Origin: Lama guanicoe
Taxonomy: Eukaryota
NCBI GenBank assembly: GCA_013239625.1
Contig: MU054323.1
Coordinates: forward strand, 7,119,220 to 7,183,219
Length of the DNA: 64,000 nucleotides
Direction of reading: 5' to 3'
Shown: positions 13,530 to 27,679 of the stretch, piece after piece
Position numbering within the stretch: the first letter of the stretch is position 1
Layout: every line of letters begins with the position of its first letter
The notes under the pieces: generated by a model
Seen by the model: the letters and a program-made list of their open reading frames with translations, nothing else
Told to the model about the DNA's origin: nothing
Database searches by the model: none
Program-made: the position numbers and the translations under genes

Positions 13530-14150
13530 CACATTCACTTATCAAACTGATTTTTTTCAAGTATATCTAATTCCCAGGATTAACCCAGGGATGGCAAAAT
13601 TAGAAGCATTGTCATACTTTTCTAGAATGAGTGCAAATTGATTGAGCCTTTCTAGAAAGTAATTTTGAAGTATATGTCAAGAGCTTCAAAAACACTTATG
13701 CCCTTTGATCCAATAATTCTATTTCTATTCATGTAGCCCTAAGAATCAATCTTAAATGTAATCTAACTTTACCCACAGAGATGTTCATTGTGTAATGAAG
13801 AGTATTGAAAAAGTAGAAATAAATGTCTAATAAGAGGTGAATAGTTTACTAAATTTGGGTGTTTATCATTTGGGGAAATACCATCTAGTCAATGAAAATG
13901 GTGTTTATAAACATACTTCACATATAATATGGAAACTGCCTTGAGTAAATGAAAAGCAGAATTCATAATTCAAACACAGTGTTTAAATCAAGTTAAAAAC
14001 AACAACAAATCTCAATGACTAGAAAATACAGTAAAAACAAATATGCCAAAATACTAAGAGTGCTTGTTTGTGAGCAGTGTGGCTGGAGTTCTTGCTTTTT
14101 TTTGTTTTCCATCTACCTTTTTTGTGTGTTTCCTAAATATTCTCTATCGA
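13530..14150 (+). mobile_element. Old L1 (L1ME-like) fragment
   Basis: gcctttctagaaagtaattttg...atgccctttgatccaataattctatttcta resembles a degenerate L1 ORF2 end/3'UTR. Confidence 0.6.
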
Positions 14151-17100
14151 GCATGGTTATGTCCACAGTGAAACCAGTGAAGCGCGGGTCATACCGTGTT
14201 TGCTGCCCTCCTGTCACACCACAGTTTGGGCAGGACCTGGATGAGAAGAGAACTCAAGACGTCCCTGGCGGCACTGCTGATGGGGCAGACGGAAGAGTAG
14301 CTTTATGGCAGATGTTCCTAAGTCCCACTTGTTCTATTCTCCATGAAACCTTTTATATATCCATCCTCTACTTTCCTCTGCTCCTGCCTTTCTCCTGGTA
14401 CAGACTCTGGATTATGGCGGTAGTCTTCAAGTTGTTTCCCTGCTTCCCGTCTTTCCTGGTCTGGTCCTTCCAGATAATTCTGCTAGCTGTGATCTTTACA
14501 ACACCGACCCAAAGCAACACTTTCCTGGCTCCTTCAGAATACAATTCAAGACTGTCACCTTGATTTCTGGGGTCTTCCACTACCTGCCCCTAACTTGCCT
14601 TCCCCCAGCCCTGCCCACCTCACCTGTCGTGCCTGCCCTAGGCCCGCTCCAGACGGACTAGCTGACGACCCCTCCTTGGCTTTCTGGCCTCTGAGCCTTT
14701 GCGGCACTCTCTCCCCTGGAGCCCTTTCAGCACCACCCCATGCCTACCACCCAGCAGCCCCATCGCCCTCTAAGGCTCCTTCCGCCTGGTGAGGAAGGTA
14801 GAGTGAGAACCAGAGTGTAAAAGTCTGCATTGTGCTGACAAGATCTAGAGGTCCACACCTCGACAGGACCCACCAGCCACGCTTACAGCAAGCTATCCCG
14901 GGTGTAAAAGCAGGACCCCAAACACTTCATTTCTACGATCCCTTTATATAATAAAATTAGGTTACACGCGCAATAAAAAGGGCATGAGTATACTGTACAT
15001 GCTGATTATATAAATCACCTTGACATATTATAAAGCAGGCTTAAGCACATTAAAATGACTTTATCCTAGACTGAACCTGAAACTAATATGCAAACAATAA
15101 CATTAAACATTTAATGCTAATTTTGCCTGCTCTCTCTGCAGTGATGGTTCTCTCAGTAAAAATGTCCTGTAGCCGCTTGGAAACATCCCACTGCCCTTAC
15201 AACAGCAATTCAAAATTGGTATCGTTCTGTTAAAAATAACCATTGCAGCGTCTAAGTATTTAAAGCTTTAACGGCCTCACGGGGGCTCTAATCATAAACA
15301 CTTGGAGAAGAAAAATCTGTTAGACCTGTTCTCCTGTTCTCTCTCCTCTCTCTCCTCGTCTTTCCTTACCCAACGCCGCAGTCATCATCACCTTCCTCGT
15401 CACTGATGGCGGCTTTGGAGGAGCGAAATATTCACGCACAGGCAACCTGAGAAGCTGTCTCCTTGCTGTTGCAGGCGTCTGTGTTTATGGTTTGACCATG
15501 TGGGCGTGAACCTTGGGTGTTGGACCCAGTGGCAGATCTACCCTCCTCTGCCCCATTGTCTCCCTGCAGAATTGCCCCATTCCAGATGTATGTGAACTCT
15601 GCTCATTTGTGTTTAGCATCAGGGGTGAAAAGCAAATGTGGGCAGAGAGAGGGTAAGATGCAGGTTTCACGGTGTTGGTGCTCCGTGTGTCTCTGATGGA
15701 CAGTGATGTGCAGAGCAACAAAAAGCAAGAATTCCTGATATTTTTCTTCTTCCTCTTTGCCCTCTTCCCATCCAGTTCAGCCCAACTGCTAAAGCACCCC
15801 TAGAAACTCAAGGACAGGGGAGGTAACGGCAGTGCTGGGTGAGACTCAGGGTCAGCAGACAGTGACCACAGAGCAGTGACCACGTACAATAGGCCATGTT
15901 AGAACCTGTCAGGTTCCCCAGTGCCTGAAACTGTGGAGGAAGGAGACGCCCATGCCAAAATGGGATGGGCTACTCCGCAAGGAGCCTGGCCCTGGAGCTC
16001 ACCTGGTGGGGCTCCCGAGGGATGCACAGTCCCCAGAAGGATCCTGAACCTGGTAGGATGGAGCTGACCCTTCAGAAAGAGATATCACAGATTCCTACTA
16101 GATGAGGGGGTTCATCCTTACCCACTTGGCTTAGGTCAGCCTCTACTTCTGGGCTCCTAAAACCCAGAAGATTCTGTCCAGCAGTGGGGACATGACTAAA
16201 TGTGTTCAAATTGCCCAGAATGAGAGGTTTTTTTGTCTGCTGCTCTTTGAGGGATTCTTGGGTAATGACTGACCCCACTAAAGCTGCCCCCTTTCTCTGC
16301 CTGCTGGTCCCCATCTCTGACCCTGGATCTGCCTTTCCTCTCCAGTGAAGTCTGGGTCCCCTTTCCCGCAGGGTCCTAGGGCCACTCCTGACTGAGTGAA
16401 TGGTGTTCAAGCAGAACCAGCAGCCTATTCTGGGATTCAGTACAAGGTACTTCCTGCCTCACTCCGAAACATCAGGCCCCCTGTGTATTTTCCTTAGCTT
16501 CTGCCTTGGTTGGCCCATGACCCTGAGTTCCTATTGTTATAACCTGCCCAATGTCCTGGCCTGACCTTGGTTGCAGCCCACGAATCCCGGTCCATCCCAT
16601 ATCCCTTGGGTTCTGCCTTCTTCACCTGCTGGGTGAAGCTTTATGAGTGGACCCAGAACTCTTGGTTGTCATTTGCTGCTGTGGTCCGTCACCTGCTCTT
16701 GCCTTCTCCCTTGGGCCCCTGCAGTGGGCCAGTCCTGACCAGCGACTTCCTGACCCAGTCAGGCCAGTTTCTCAGACCTGTTACGACATTGAACCCCTTT
16801 CAGGACACCAAGCCCAGTGGATATACCCCAAGAAGCCTGTGCTCTATTCCCTTTAGGAGTGCAGACTTCACGGAGAAGACGTGCCCAGGGAGCTTATGGT
16901 AAGATGGACCAATGCAGCAAGCACTGGACTAGAAGGGTCCAAGGTCCCATTGATTTCCAACCTTCTAAGCTACTTTGAAAAGTTCAAGTTCATAATTACA
17001 GTCCTTCCATCCTTACTGCTGGGATCAAAGATGGGGGTTGAAGGAGAGTGTATTCAAGAAGCAGGCCTTAAACTTTGTTACTTTTCAGTTTCACTTCTAC

Positions 17101-20100
17101 CATAGTTTTTGTTTTCCATCAAAATTTCCACTCCTGGTCAGAAGCCAATTTTCCCCCCTCTGGCTAGGAAAGGATGGTTTTCCTTATCAGGATATTCTGG
17201 GAATTTTTTCAGGAAAAGGAAAAGCAGCAATCTAAGCTCTGGGGTTTGGGGGGGCCTTCTAGTTTCTTCTCTTGCCAAGCCCCACCCACCCTTTCCTTTC
17301 CCTCATTTAAACTCTGTAAAATAATGGTGAAACCCTTCCTACAGAAGAGGGCTGGGATGATTCCTAAAAGAAGAGAATTCCACAGTGCCTGTTCCCATTT
17401 CCCACCCGCCGTGTTTGGTTGCCGGAAAGTGTCCGGGTTCCTCTGCAGGGAAAACCTGTCCCTTTGCAAGGGCCCTGGCCCAGGCTGCTTCCCCAAACCT
17501 GCAGGAGTCAGTCCGCTTCACAGCCTGCACAGAGGACCGGAAACATGCTGGGACTGGGTCTGCAAAGCACAGTAGATACCCTGGGCGGGGACCAGGACAG
17601 CCTGTGAAGGGCAAGGCCATAGTGAAGCAGGACTGGCCGGCCCTCCAGAGCAGGAGGACCATGACTCCAGTTCACCAAAAGAGCCCAGAGACCCAGTGCC
17701 GTCTTTGTATTTGAAAGACACTCTGTAGACAAGAACATGATTGTGACCAGATCCATTTGTGAATATGCCCAGAGACAGCTATTTAATAATATTTTAAATT
17801 TTTTAATTTTATAATAGTTGATTTGGTTCCTTTAGGTAAGCAAAATAAACATTTTACCAAAGTAGAAAGGAAAATTTCAGAGTAGAAAGGCTGTTTTTTA
17901 ATGGTTTCTTGGTAGAGAAGTTAGCCCAGAGGTCCCTAAAAAATAGTATCTGATGTCTTTTAAAAAAAAAAGTCATTTAGAAAACATCTCGACTGCTGTT
18001 ATGTTATACATTTAAATTTGCAAAGCTGGCTCTTGTGCGAGGCAGTTTGGAGACACAGTGTCTGAAATTGAATGGCTGCTGCAAGCTGTGTTGTGAAGCC
18101 TGAGTCGTGACCTTGTATCTCCAGAAATTGTCCTGTCGTCATGCTTTCTGTGCTTTCTTTTTTATTTAACCAAACTTTGTTTAAAAAAAAAAAAGACAAA
18201 AAAAAAAAGACAAAGATGAGCTAATCAAGAATTTTGTGCTATCTGCCTCACCTTCAACAATAGACATGATTTGGGTCAAGACACAAAGAAGAGCAAATCT
18301 TTTCATTCATCCTCTTTGGTGTACACGGCACATGAACCTGGCATTAGAGCATCGGGCAGCTTTAACATTGGAAAAGCCCGTAGTGACAGCTCTACCGTCT
18401 TCTTTAAGAGTAGCCTTTTGCTACTGCTTTGACTTAGAGGCATCGGTCTGACTCCTTAGCAACCCAGGTATCTCCTGTGATGGGCACATGAGCCTCACCC
18501 CGCGTCCAGGAAGTCTTGCAGCAGTCTCTCCTCTGGCAGGATGGAGGCATCTTCAGCCTGACTTCTCTTTCCTGTGAGGGCACTTACTTGAGTTGCTTTG
18601 GATTGCTCAGGATTCACTTTTATTTGTACCCTCGGGTTTCTAAAGCACTCTGCAACCTGCTTATCAGATACCTGGGTTACTTAGGGTATAAAAAGGCACA
18701 GTGGCTCCAGCAGTATGGAAGTGTTTTTTTTTTTCTCTCTCTCGTGCAATAGTCCAGGCAGGATCAGTGGGCTCTGCTCCACAAGGTCACCCAGGTGCTT
18801 TCACCTCTGACTGTCCAGTTGCTGCCACCCTGCAGCCAGCAGGAAGAGAGGATGAGGAGGGCTGGTGTTGCTCACCTCACTCCCCTACTCTGTTCCTTTT
18901 AATGGCAACATTTAAATCACGTGGCCTCACCTAGCAGCACGAGAGGCTGGGGGATGTTCCCATTGAGCAGCCACAGCTAGGCAAAACTTCTAAATTACTA
19001 GGGAAAAGGGGGGAAAAAATAGATTCCTGGAGAGACATCTAGCATTCTGCCCCAGACACCTAACTCCTTAATGAAAACTATAAAAATTTTAACAAGAGCA
19101 GTTTTGCAGAGGCTCCCTTATTAGAAGTTATGTAAGGTAACCTTTTTCTATGTCTGTCTACCTAGTTCTCTTTAGACTGCAGATGCTTTGTGACTGGTGG
19201 GGTGCACCTTACCTGACCGTATGCCTGTTAGGTCACTGCCATGGGACATATATTGGGTTTGAGCTTAGACGTGCATTCCTAATTCTCAGTAGGAATTTGA
19301 TCTGTGGCATTTTCCTTGGGATTTAAGAGAGGTGTTGGCGAAGACGATACTTGGGAGCTGTCCTGCAAAGGCTGGTCTGGAAAGGACTGGGTCTTTTTAG
19401 CATGGAGAAGACAAGGACAAGGAAAATAAGATAGTTGTTTCCCAGTGGTTGAAGGGCTGGCAGGTAGGAGAAGGGTTCAGCCCTCTTTTTCGCTGCTTCT
19501 AAAAGTAAAATTGTGAATTAGGATAGAGATTATTAGAGTGTCAGCCGAGGGAGGCTGATGTGGGGTTCTAGGAGGTGAGCGGCCCAAACGAAAAACTGCA
19601 CGAGGAGTTGCCATACTGCTGGACAGACTTCAGCCGGAGACACCATGGGGTTAACAACACTTTGTTGCCACAGGGAGGTGCGCCTGTGATGCACCTGTCC
19701 TGCTTTCATCTGTTTTCTGTCAGCACATGCGCGGTCTGAGTTTCCTTGTTCATTAGGCTTACAGAATATCTCTAGCACATGCGTACTTCTATTTTCTTTG
19801 TTCTAAATCTTATATAATTGACACATGCGTGGAGCAATTATTTCCTGCATACTACAAACATGCTCCGATCGTGGCCTTGGGTCCCACGGCCTTAACTCAT
19901 CTCAACACCAGCTCACATAGGGTTTGCTTGAAATGTGAAGAAGTTTTTATTTGGTTGTCAAAAAATGGGATGGGCTGATGTAATTGGTAAGCTATTCTCC
20001 ATTGGGTGTTTTGTCTTCCCAGTTTCTGAACGTATTCCCTCAGGTTTTAGACTTCGGAAGAATTAAGTAGTTAGGGACTCAGCGTTGACACAGAGCACCT

Positions 20101-20889
20101 TCTTCATAAGGAGAAAAGAATTTTTATTCTGTGTCTAGCTCATCCTCTAGAGGGAAAAATGCTCCCCGGGTAAGTGTCATCAGACACGGTAGTGCTGTCA
20201 ACCATTCTGTTTGCGCGGTGCTTCATTGCAGAACTTCTGAGGGCTGCAAGTGCAAAGCTTGCAGTTTGATGTTCCTTAGCCTTTGCAGTCTGCTCACCCA
20301 GGCCACTTCACACTTTCTGCAGAAAGTTCTTCATTCCCTCCCCACTGGAGCCTCCTTCCTTCTTTGGAACCCTCGTGGGACATCGTGCGTGGTTTTCTTG
20401 TAGCATTTCTTATTTTCCCTTTTGAAGAGATATCCGTGTATCTCTCCAGCTCCAGACTCCTTAAGTTGAAGGACTTCTTCGCACCTACACCTCTGCACTG
20501 ACTAGGACAGAGCTTTTCCTCAGCAGATGCTCAACAAACACTTCATGACTTAGACTGAATAGTTCTCTGATCCCACTGGGTTTGGGTTCAGAAGTTGCTC
20601 TTCAGGGCATCAATCCTCTCAGCTTGTATTTACTCTTGAAATGCTATACCTCGTCTGTCCTCATGTTCATCTGTAAAATAAAGGGCTGAATACATTGGCC
20701 TCTAGGCTTCCTTCCAGCTCTGATTCTTTCTGATTCTCTGTGCTGGGCCGGAGTGGGCACTTGTTGGAACAGCTCTCCAGACATTGACAACCTGTGGACG
20801 AGCTGCATTACCTGGAGGCTGCCCAGCTGGTGCAGCGGGGGTGGCGTGGGCGTGAGGCGAAGTGATGGCCATGGTGCTACTTTCCCCAG

Positions 20890-21040
20890 GTACGTGTGCA
20901 TCGCCATGGAGGCCCTGGACCAGCTGCTCATGGCCTGCCACTGCCAGAGCATCAACCTCTTCGTGGAGAGTTTCCTCAAGATGGTGGCCAAGCTGCTTGA
21001 GTCGGAGAAACCCAACCTGCAGATCCTGGGCACCAACTCG
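20890..21040 (+). CDS. EFR3B: EFR3B exon 4 (151 nt), YVCIAMEALDQLLMACHCQSINLFVESFLKMVAKLLESEKPNLQILGTNS
   Basis: ccccag|G and TCG|gtaagg. Confidence 0.96.
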
Positions 21041-22511
21041 GTAAGGAGGCCCAAGGGGCTCTGGAGGTGGGAGCGGTGGGGAGAGGCGGGTAGAACCTCT
21101 GAGTCAGCATTGTTATGATCCATTCCAATTTGGTTTCTGATTTCTTTTTTTAACACGTAGAAAGTATTTATTATGACACTATTCATTATAGGTGAGGGAA
21201 AAAGTTTCTTGGTTTCTGATTTTTAAAAATGATTTTCCCTTAAATAATTTTCAGTGGGGCCCCCATAGATATAAAAACAGAAAGGGAGGTATACCTTTGA
21301 GAGCAGGGGATGCCCAGTGCCCTCCAAGCTCGGCCCCTGTCTCCATGGGGCATACTTTGAAAGCTGTCCAGGTTATGCTTCTTTCGAAGATAGAATAAAC
21401 TGATGTTCACAGGACAGAGGCATCAGATAAGTGGAAAGATCACGGGGAAGCAGGAGACAGGGCTTTGGGCTTAGTTCTGCCCCTTCCTAGCTGGGTAACC
21501 TCGAGCCGGTTATCTTTCATGGGCCTGTCTTTTCAGTGATACCATGAGCAGGTTGAAGCTGGTCTGAGCTCTGTGATGCTGGTCTCAGTACAAGTGGCTG
21601 CTCTCATGGAGGGGCTATGGTCTGGGGAGAGAAGAGCTAGCAGATGTGTCAAGAACTCCCAGCTTCCATGCATCTAATGTACTTGAACATCCTGATTGCT
21701 TTCTTCAATTTCTTGCCCTCTCTCCCCTTTGGAGCTTACTTTCAGCTCCAGGTCTTCAAGCCACTTGGTTTTAAAAGCCCTGACGTGCAACTATTTTACA
21801 GAGATCATCAGGGAAAAAAAGGTTTAAGGTTTGCCTCTCAGCCTTCCCAAACTGACTTTTCTGAGTGTTTATTGCACAGGTCACAATTGCTTTCCTGTTC
21901 TGTTTCAGTTGATTTAACCTGAAGATAGTGTTTCAGCTTTCCTTTCAAAGACCAAAAGTAACGACCTATTCCTCTCTCCTTCCTCTCTCCCTGAGCCAGC
22001 TGCCTTTGACAAATTACATATACTGTCACACCGAGGGTAAAGTCTTTTGTCAGGTTGCCCTGGCAATGGCTTCAGATACTGTTTCACTTGCCCTGTTTAA
22101 GACAACTATAATCTAGAAGAGAACATCTGAATGGAAAATAAACCAGTCATCGTGCGGCCAGAGGGCACCTCCCTAGGGGGGACACAGAGGCAGGCGGCTG
22201 CCAGCTCTTGCTTTCCCTACGGCACATCCGGGCCCGGGAAGGCGTTTTGTTAGCTACAGCCTTGAAAATTCAGCGTCCTGCAAATTCCTAGAGTCCCCAG
22301 AGCAGTGAATTACTGCATTAGCAAGAGGGCGAGTTGATTAATGATTACTGTACTGCAGACAGCAAGGACAACATAAGGACAGGTGATTATAAGTAAGTCG
22401 AGTCAATAGATAATTGCAATAGATTCAGAGCCCAGCTTTGGAGGCAGCATTTCCTAGTGGCGTCTCTCAACCAGATGCTCTTTCCAGTCCTCTAAGCCTG
22501 GGACCTTCTAT

Positions 22512-22677
22512 CTTTCTCTCTTGTCTCCCTCCCTCCTTCCCTCCCTTCCTGCCTGCCTCTTCCTTCCTTCCGTCCTTCCGTCCTTCCTTCCTTCGTTCCT
22601 TCCTTCCTTTCCTTCTTTTCCTTCTTTCCTTCTTTCTTCCTTTCTTTTCTTTCTTCCTCTCTCTCTTCCTTCATCCT
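22512..22677. repeat. (TTCC)n/(TTTC)n polypyrimidine microsatellite
   Basis: Seen directly. Confidence 0.9.
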
Positions 22678-23144
22678 TAATGGATATTTCTCCAACTTGT
22701 ACTTGGCCACCCCAAGGACTGAAGCTGTGCTGAGACTTGTCACAGAAAGTCTATTTTGTTAATAATACTGCACATTATATGCAGTAAAGTATAATTTTTA
22801 GAATTTAAGTGACACTTTCAAGTCTAGTGAGAATATCTGAACCTGGATAACACTTTGGGACCAAGAAAGTCAGGAGAAGATGGGGAGCCAAGGCCCAATA
22901 AGCTCAGTTGTTTGCTTAGGGATTTGCTTCTGGACACCTGACTCGCTGCCTGATGGGTCCAAGTGCATGTCTCAGGACAGTGCAATGACCATGTGTCCTG
23001 ACCTTTTGAAGTCACTCGCTAAGGATAACTGAAAGTACTCATTTTGAGAATGCCAAGGCCTTTTACATAAACAATCTAATATATCAGCCTAGAGTTAATC
23101 ATAAAATATTATGAAGGGTCATGGATTTAAAGTTTGCGCTTTCA

Positions 23145-24160
23145 TCCCTACCTCACAACTTATGTAAAAATTAACTCAAAATAGATCAAAGACCTAAATA
23201 TAAGAGCTAAATCTATAGAACTCTTAAAAGAAACTTTAAGTGTGTATCTTTTTGATCTTGACTTTGGCAATGGATTCTTAGATATAACAATGAAAACAAA
23301 AGCAACAAAAGAAAAAATAAATAAATTTGACTTTGTCAACATTGAAAACTTTTGTGCATCAAAGGACACTATCAAACTGAAAAGACAACCACAGAATGGG
23401 AGGAAACATTTACAAACCATATATCTAATAAGGGTCCAGTAACCAGAATATGTGAGAAATTCCTACAACTTAACATCAAAAAGACAACCCAATTAAAAAC
23501 GTGCAAAGGACTTGAATAGACATTTCTCCAAAAAAGTTATACAGATGGCCAACAAGAACATGAATTGAGGCTCAGCATCACTAATCAGTAAGGAAATGCA
23601 AATCAAAACCACAATGAGATACCACTTTACACCCACTAGGATGGCTGTATTAAAAAAAATCCTATAAAATGACAGGTCTTGGTGAGTATGGATAAAGTTG
23701 GAACACTTGTACATTGCTAGTGGAAATGTAAATGGTGTAGACACTGTGGAAAACAGTTTAGTGGTTTCTCCACGAGTTAAACATATAGAATTACCATATG
23801 ACTCAGCAGTTCTCCCTAGATACATACCCAAAACAGATACTCAAACACTTGGACACCAATGTTCACAGCAGCGCTATTCACAATAGCCCGGAGGTGGAAA
23901 CAGCCCAGAAGGTCACATATTGTACGATTCCATTTATGTGAGATGTCCAAAACGGGTGAATCCATAGAGACGAAAACAGATGAGTGTTTGCCAGGGACTC
24001 GGGGAGAGAGGAATGGAAAGCAACGATTGATGACTAATAAGTGGGTTTCCTTTTAGGGTGATGAAAATGCTTTAGTTGGAAAACATTGTTCAGGTATTAA
24101 ACGTGTACTTTAAAAGGGTTGATTTTGTGTTTTGTGACTTTTACCCCAATTTCAAAAAAT
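23145..24160 (+). mobile_element. L1M (L1MB-like) ORF2 3' end and 3'UTR, degenerate
   Basis: aaaattaactcaaaatagatcaaagacctaaat, gaaatgcaaatcaaaaccacaatgagataccactttacacccactaggatggct; short ORFs are L1 ORF2-like (KATKEKINKFDFVNIENFCASKDTIK). Confidence 0.9.
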
Positions 24161-25703
24161 GGCATTTTGATCTCAGAGTAGCCCACTGACATACAGGCAT
24201 CGTGTTTGTGCTGCACTGCAGCTTCAAGTCCAGCACGCTCAGAGACGGTGCCACAGTGAGTCCCTGAGGAGGGGAGGGCAGCTTCCTGCAGCACGCTGGG
24301 GTGAGAGGGGGTCCTGGGGCTCTCCCTCCTGGGGTGACTGGCCAAAGGCTCTGTCCTTCCCCTCTTGTCCTCTCTCCCCTATTGTCTCATTGAGACCTCA
24401 CCTCCCCGGATGCCCTCTGTTATCTCCCAGGTTCAGCTCCCACTGAGGTGCCCCTCCTGGCTTCCCCACCCCAGACCCAGTGGGAACCATACTCTGTGTC
24501 CACCTGCCTTCACCTCCTGGTCCCGCCGCAGCCATGCCCGCATTCTCCGCCCCATCACCCTGCTCAGAGAACCGCCCCAGAAAACCACACATCGTGAAGC
24601 TGGGGCCGCCACAGCTCCATGCTTTACGTTTGTATTGGGGCTTTCAGGGCAGCTCCCTCTCCATTCATTGACCACACCCTCTCTCACCCTTTCAGTGGTC
24701 ACTGCAAACCTTCTGTTTTCTCAAGTGCCTTTGCAGATCTGCTTCTTCAGTCTCAGAGGTAGCCTGGCCTTCTTCTGCCCACTGAGAAAACAGGGGCTGT
24801 CAGCTAGGGGTCCCTCGCCTTGCTGCAAGCATCCTTCCCCAGAAAGGCTCCTTCCTCCTCAGGAACTTCCCTACAGCCCTTGTTTCCTTCTCCGTGCCTC
24901 TGCCCTTTCTCCCTCTCTGGTTCCCTCAGTCTAAATATAAGTTCAGGTCTCTTCCACTGTAAAAAGAAAGAAAAAAGAAACAAACAGCAAAAAAAGTTAG
25001 TCTTCATAACTGCAAAATACCCTTAGCTCACCTGACAAAATTAACAATCATTCCCTGATTTTTTTTTAATATTTGGTTCAAATTCAGATTTCCCTAATAG
25101 TCCCACATTATCTTTTACTGCTGTCTTTCAAATCAGGATTCAGTAAAGACCATGTGTTTACTTGGTCTTCTGTGTCTCTTATGTCTCTTAACCAGACCCA
25201 ACCCCTCTCCTGCCCCTCTTTGTTTTTTGTGACATTGACCTTTTGAAGAGACAGGGTCACTGGCTGTGTCTGGTTGTTTCCTCATGGTGTCCTTCATTTT
25301 GCTCTCCTGTCTCCTGTACTTCCTGCAACCTGGAATCTGATCTGAAGGTGTGATTGGATGCAGTTAAATACTTTGGGCCGTAACACTTCATGGGCGGTGC
25401 TGGGTACCACACTGAGCGTCAAAACAGGAGTGCAAGTGTCTGGTGCCCACTTTTCTGGATGCTAAGTGTGATGATGCCAGGTTCAAGGGGTGACAGCCAG
25501 CTCTCTCCATTGTAAATATACTTTTTGGTCTTTGCAGTTAGAAATCTGTGGAAACCATGCAAAAAACCCATTCTGCACTCTTTTATTAGCTGATGTCTTT
25601 ATCTTTGGTGGCATTGCTCCCTGTTGATTGCACCTTCTTCATACTTCCTTGACGTCCTGCCCTTGTTACCCAGCCCTTCCCACCTGGTTCATCCTTCTGA
25701 GTT

Positions 25704-26202
25704 TCTATGGTTAGCTGAACAATGGTCCCCCAAATATGTCCACATCCTGATCCCTGGAACCTATGAATGTTACCTTATAGGACAGAAGGGACTTTGAAGA
25801 TATGATCATGTTGAGGATGTTGAGATGAGATAATCCTGGATTATCTAGATGGACCCTCTGTACTCACAAGGATCTTTATAAGAAGGAGGCAGGAAGATCA
25901 GAGTCAGACAGAAAGTGAGGATAGAGAGGAGATTTGAAGATGCTCCTCTGCTGGGCATGAAGATGGAGGAGGGGGCCATGAGCCAAAGGATGTAGGTGGC
26001 TTCTGGAAGCTAGAAAAGTCAAGAAGACTTGCTTCCCTGGAAGCATCCAGAAGGAAAGCAACCCTGCAGACCCATTTTAGCTCTCCAGAACTGTAAGGTA
26101 ATATAAAATAAAATAAAGTAAAAGAAAAGAAAAGAATAAAATTGTGTTGTTTTAGGCCACTAAATTGTGGTAATTCATTACGGCAGCAATAGGAAACTAA
26201 TA
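25704..26202 (+). mobile_element. MaLR LTR (MLT1-like)
   Basis: aatggtcccccaaatatgtccacatcctgatccctggaacctatgaatgttacc...aaattgtggtaattcattacggcagcaataggaaactaata. Confidence 0.85.
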
Positions 26203-27679
26203 TGGTTTCCTGCAATGACTGTCTTCCTTTATGCACCCCGAAATGTCTGTGGTCTCCAAGGTCAGGGCTCCATCCTCTCCTATATGCTCCCTCTGGGCAA
26301 TTTCATCAACTCTTGTGGTTTTAACTGTCATCTATAGAGTAGAAATTCTCCCATCTCCCACCCCAGTGTGGAAATCAGCACTACTGGAGACCAGCAGGCT
26401 AGAGGTGGGTTCCGTGAAGGGAGGTCAGGGTAGAACCGAGAGGCCAGTGGGGGTCACCAGCAAACGATGGGATCTTAGAGCAGAGGCAGCCGGTGCTTCC
26501 CTAGGTCCGCACTTCCCGAGTGCAGGCCTTGGTGGCTAGTACATGGGGCTACCTGGGACCAGAAGGATCACCTTCTCAGGCAGCAAGACTGGGCTTTCCC
26601 AGGGGTTTTTAAAACCAAGGTCAGTTTTGCAAAGAATCTTGAAGGAGAGAGGGCATAATATGGATAGATGGGAGAGGACATCCATCCTAGGTCTAGGGAA
26701 CTGCTGCGCCTTAGCTGGCCGTCAGGTGATCTGCAGGGCATGATCCTGTCCTTGCAGGACTGTTCCTCTGACTTCAGTAAAAAATGCCCCCGGGAATCAC
26801 TATAAACAAGAGCAGCTGGGAGAACAGGGTAGGGGTGCTAAAGTCAAAGCTATGAGGTTTACAAGCTCTATTCCAGCTAGGGTTCCTCTTGGCGCAGCAA
26901 AACAGCAGTTCCCCTTTCTCCTGATGTAGGTAAACACAGAGAAAAGGCCTGCAGCCCTACATCCATGAGAGAGCTGGGGTTCGCTCTAGGCCCAGGATTT
27001 TCAGCTGTGGTTCTGTAGCTGATGGCAGGAAGTCATGTGGCTCAGGACGCCCACCTACCAAAGAGGGAAAGGCTGACTCCTGCCTGGAGAGACTTGGCTA
27101 GCGCTGAAGTGAGGCCGACCAGCTCAGTTTCCATTTTCCAGACCAGGGGAGAGGTGGTTTTGCAATGTCAATATTTGGAGCTTGCTTTCTCTCTGTTGAC
27201 CCAGCCCCTTCGTAACCCTCAGTTTTCACACAACTGTGGCTCCTTCCTGCCTGTGCCAGAGGGTTGGCGATCTCCTCCAGCAAGCCTGGCACCTTTGTTG
27301 TGGACAAAAAGCTGCAACTTTGATCTTGAATGGGTGACCCTCGCGGTCCCATGGCCTTTGAAATGTCACATCTTCACAGTCTTCAGTTTGTTGCTATGGA
27401 GACCTTCCTCATCATTACTCTATCTTTAAAAAAAATAAAACCCCTCAACTTTATTATTTCACAATCTTGTGCATGAGGCACATAGCATTTTAACAAAAGC
27501 CATTTGTAAGGTATGAACTGGCAATGGTAGGGGTGATGTAGACAAGAAGTTCCTGCTGTATCAAGCATTTAAAAACATTAGTGAGTCACACAGGTAAATG
27601 GACCCAGTGAAAACTCATGGAGTGTTGACAGCAAGCCACAAATCCACTGGGGGAAAAATGAGGTGGCAACTCTTCACCA

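Noticed and set aside
14015..14563. 182-aa hydrophobic ORF with ATG start in intron 3
   Set aside because: Begins in an old L1 fragment and has no recognisable domain; treated as a chance ORF unless a homology search says otherwise
22438..22743. Low-complexity ORFs (FLPS/ERKE-rich), also the HT-repeat ORFs near 11100 and 34750
   Set aside because: Translations of microsatellites
23160..24056. Cluster of short ORFs on both strands
   Set aside because: Fragments of a degenerate L1 ORF2/3'UTR
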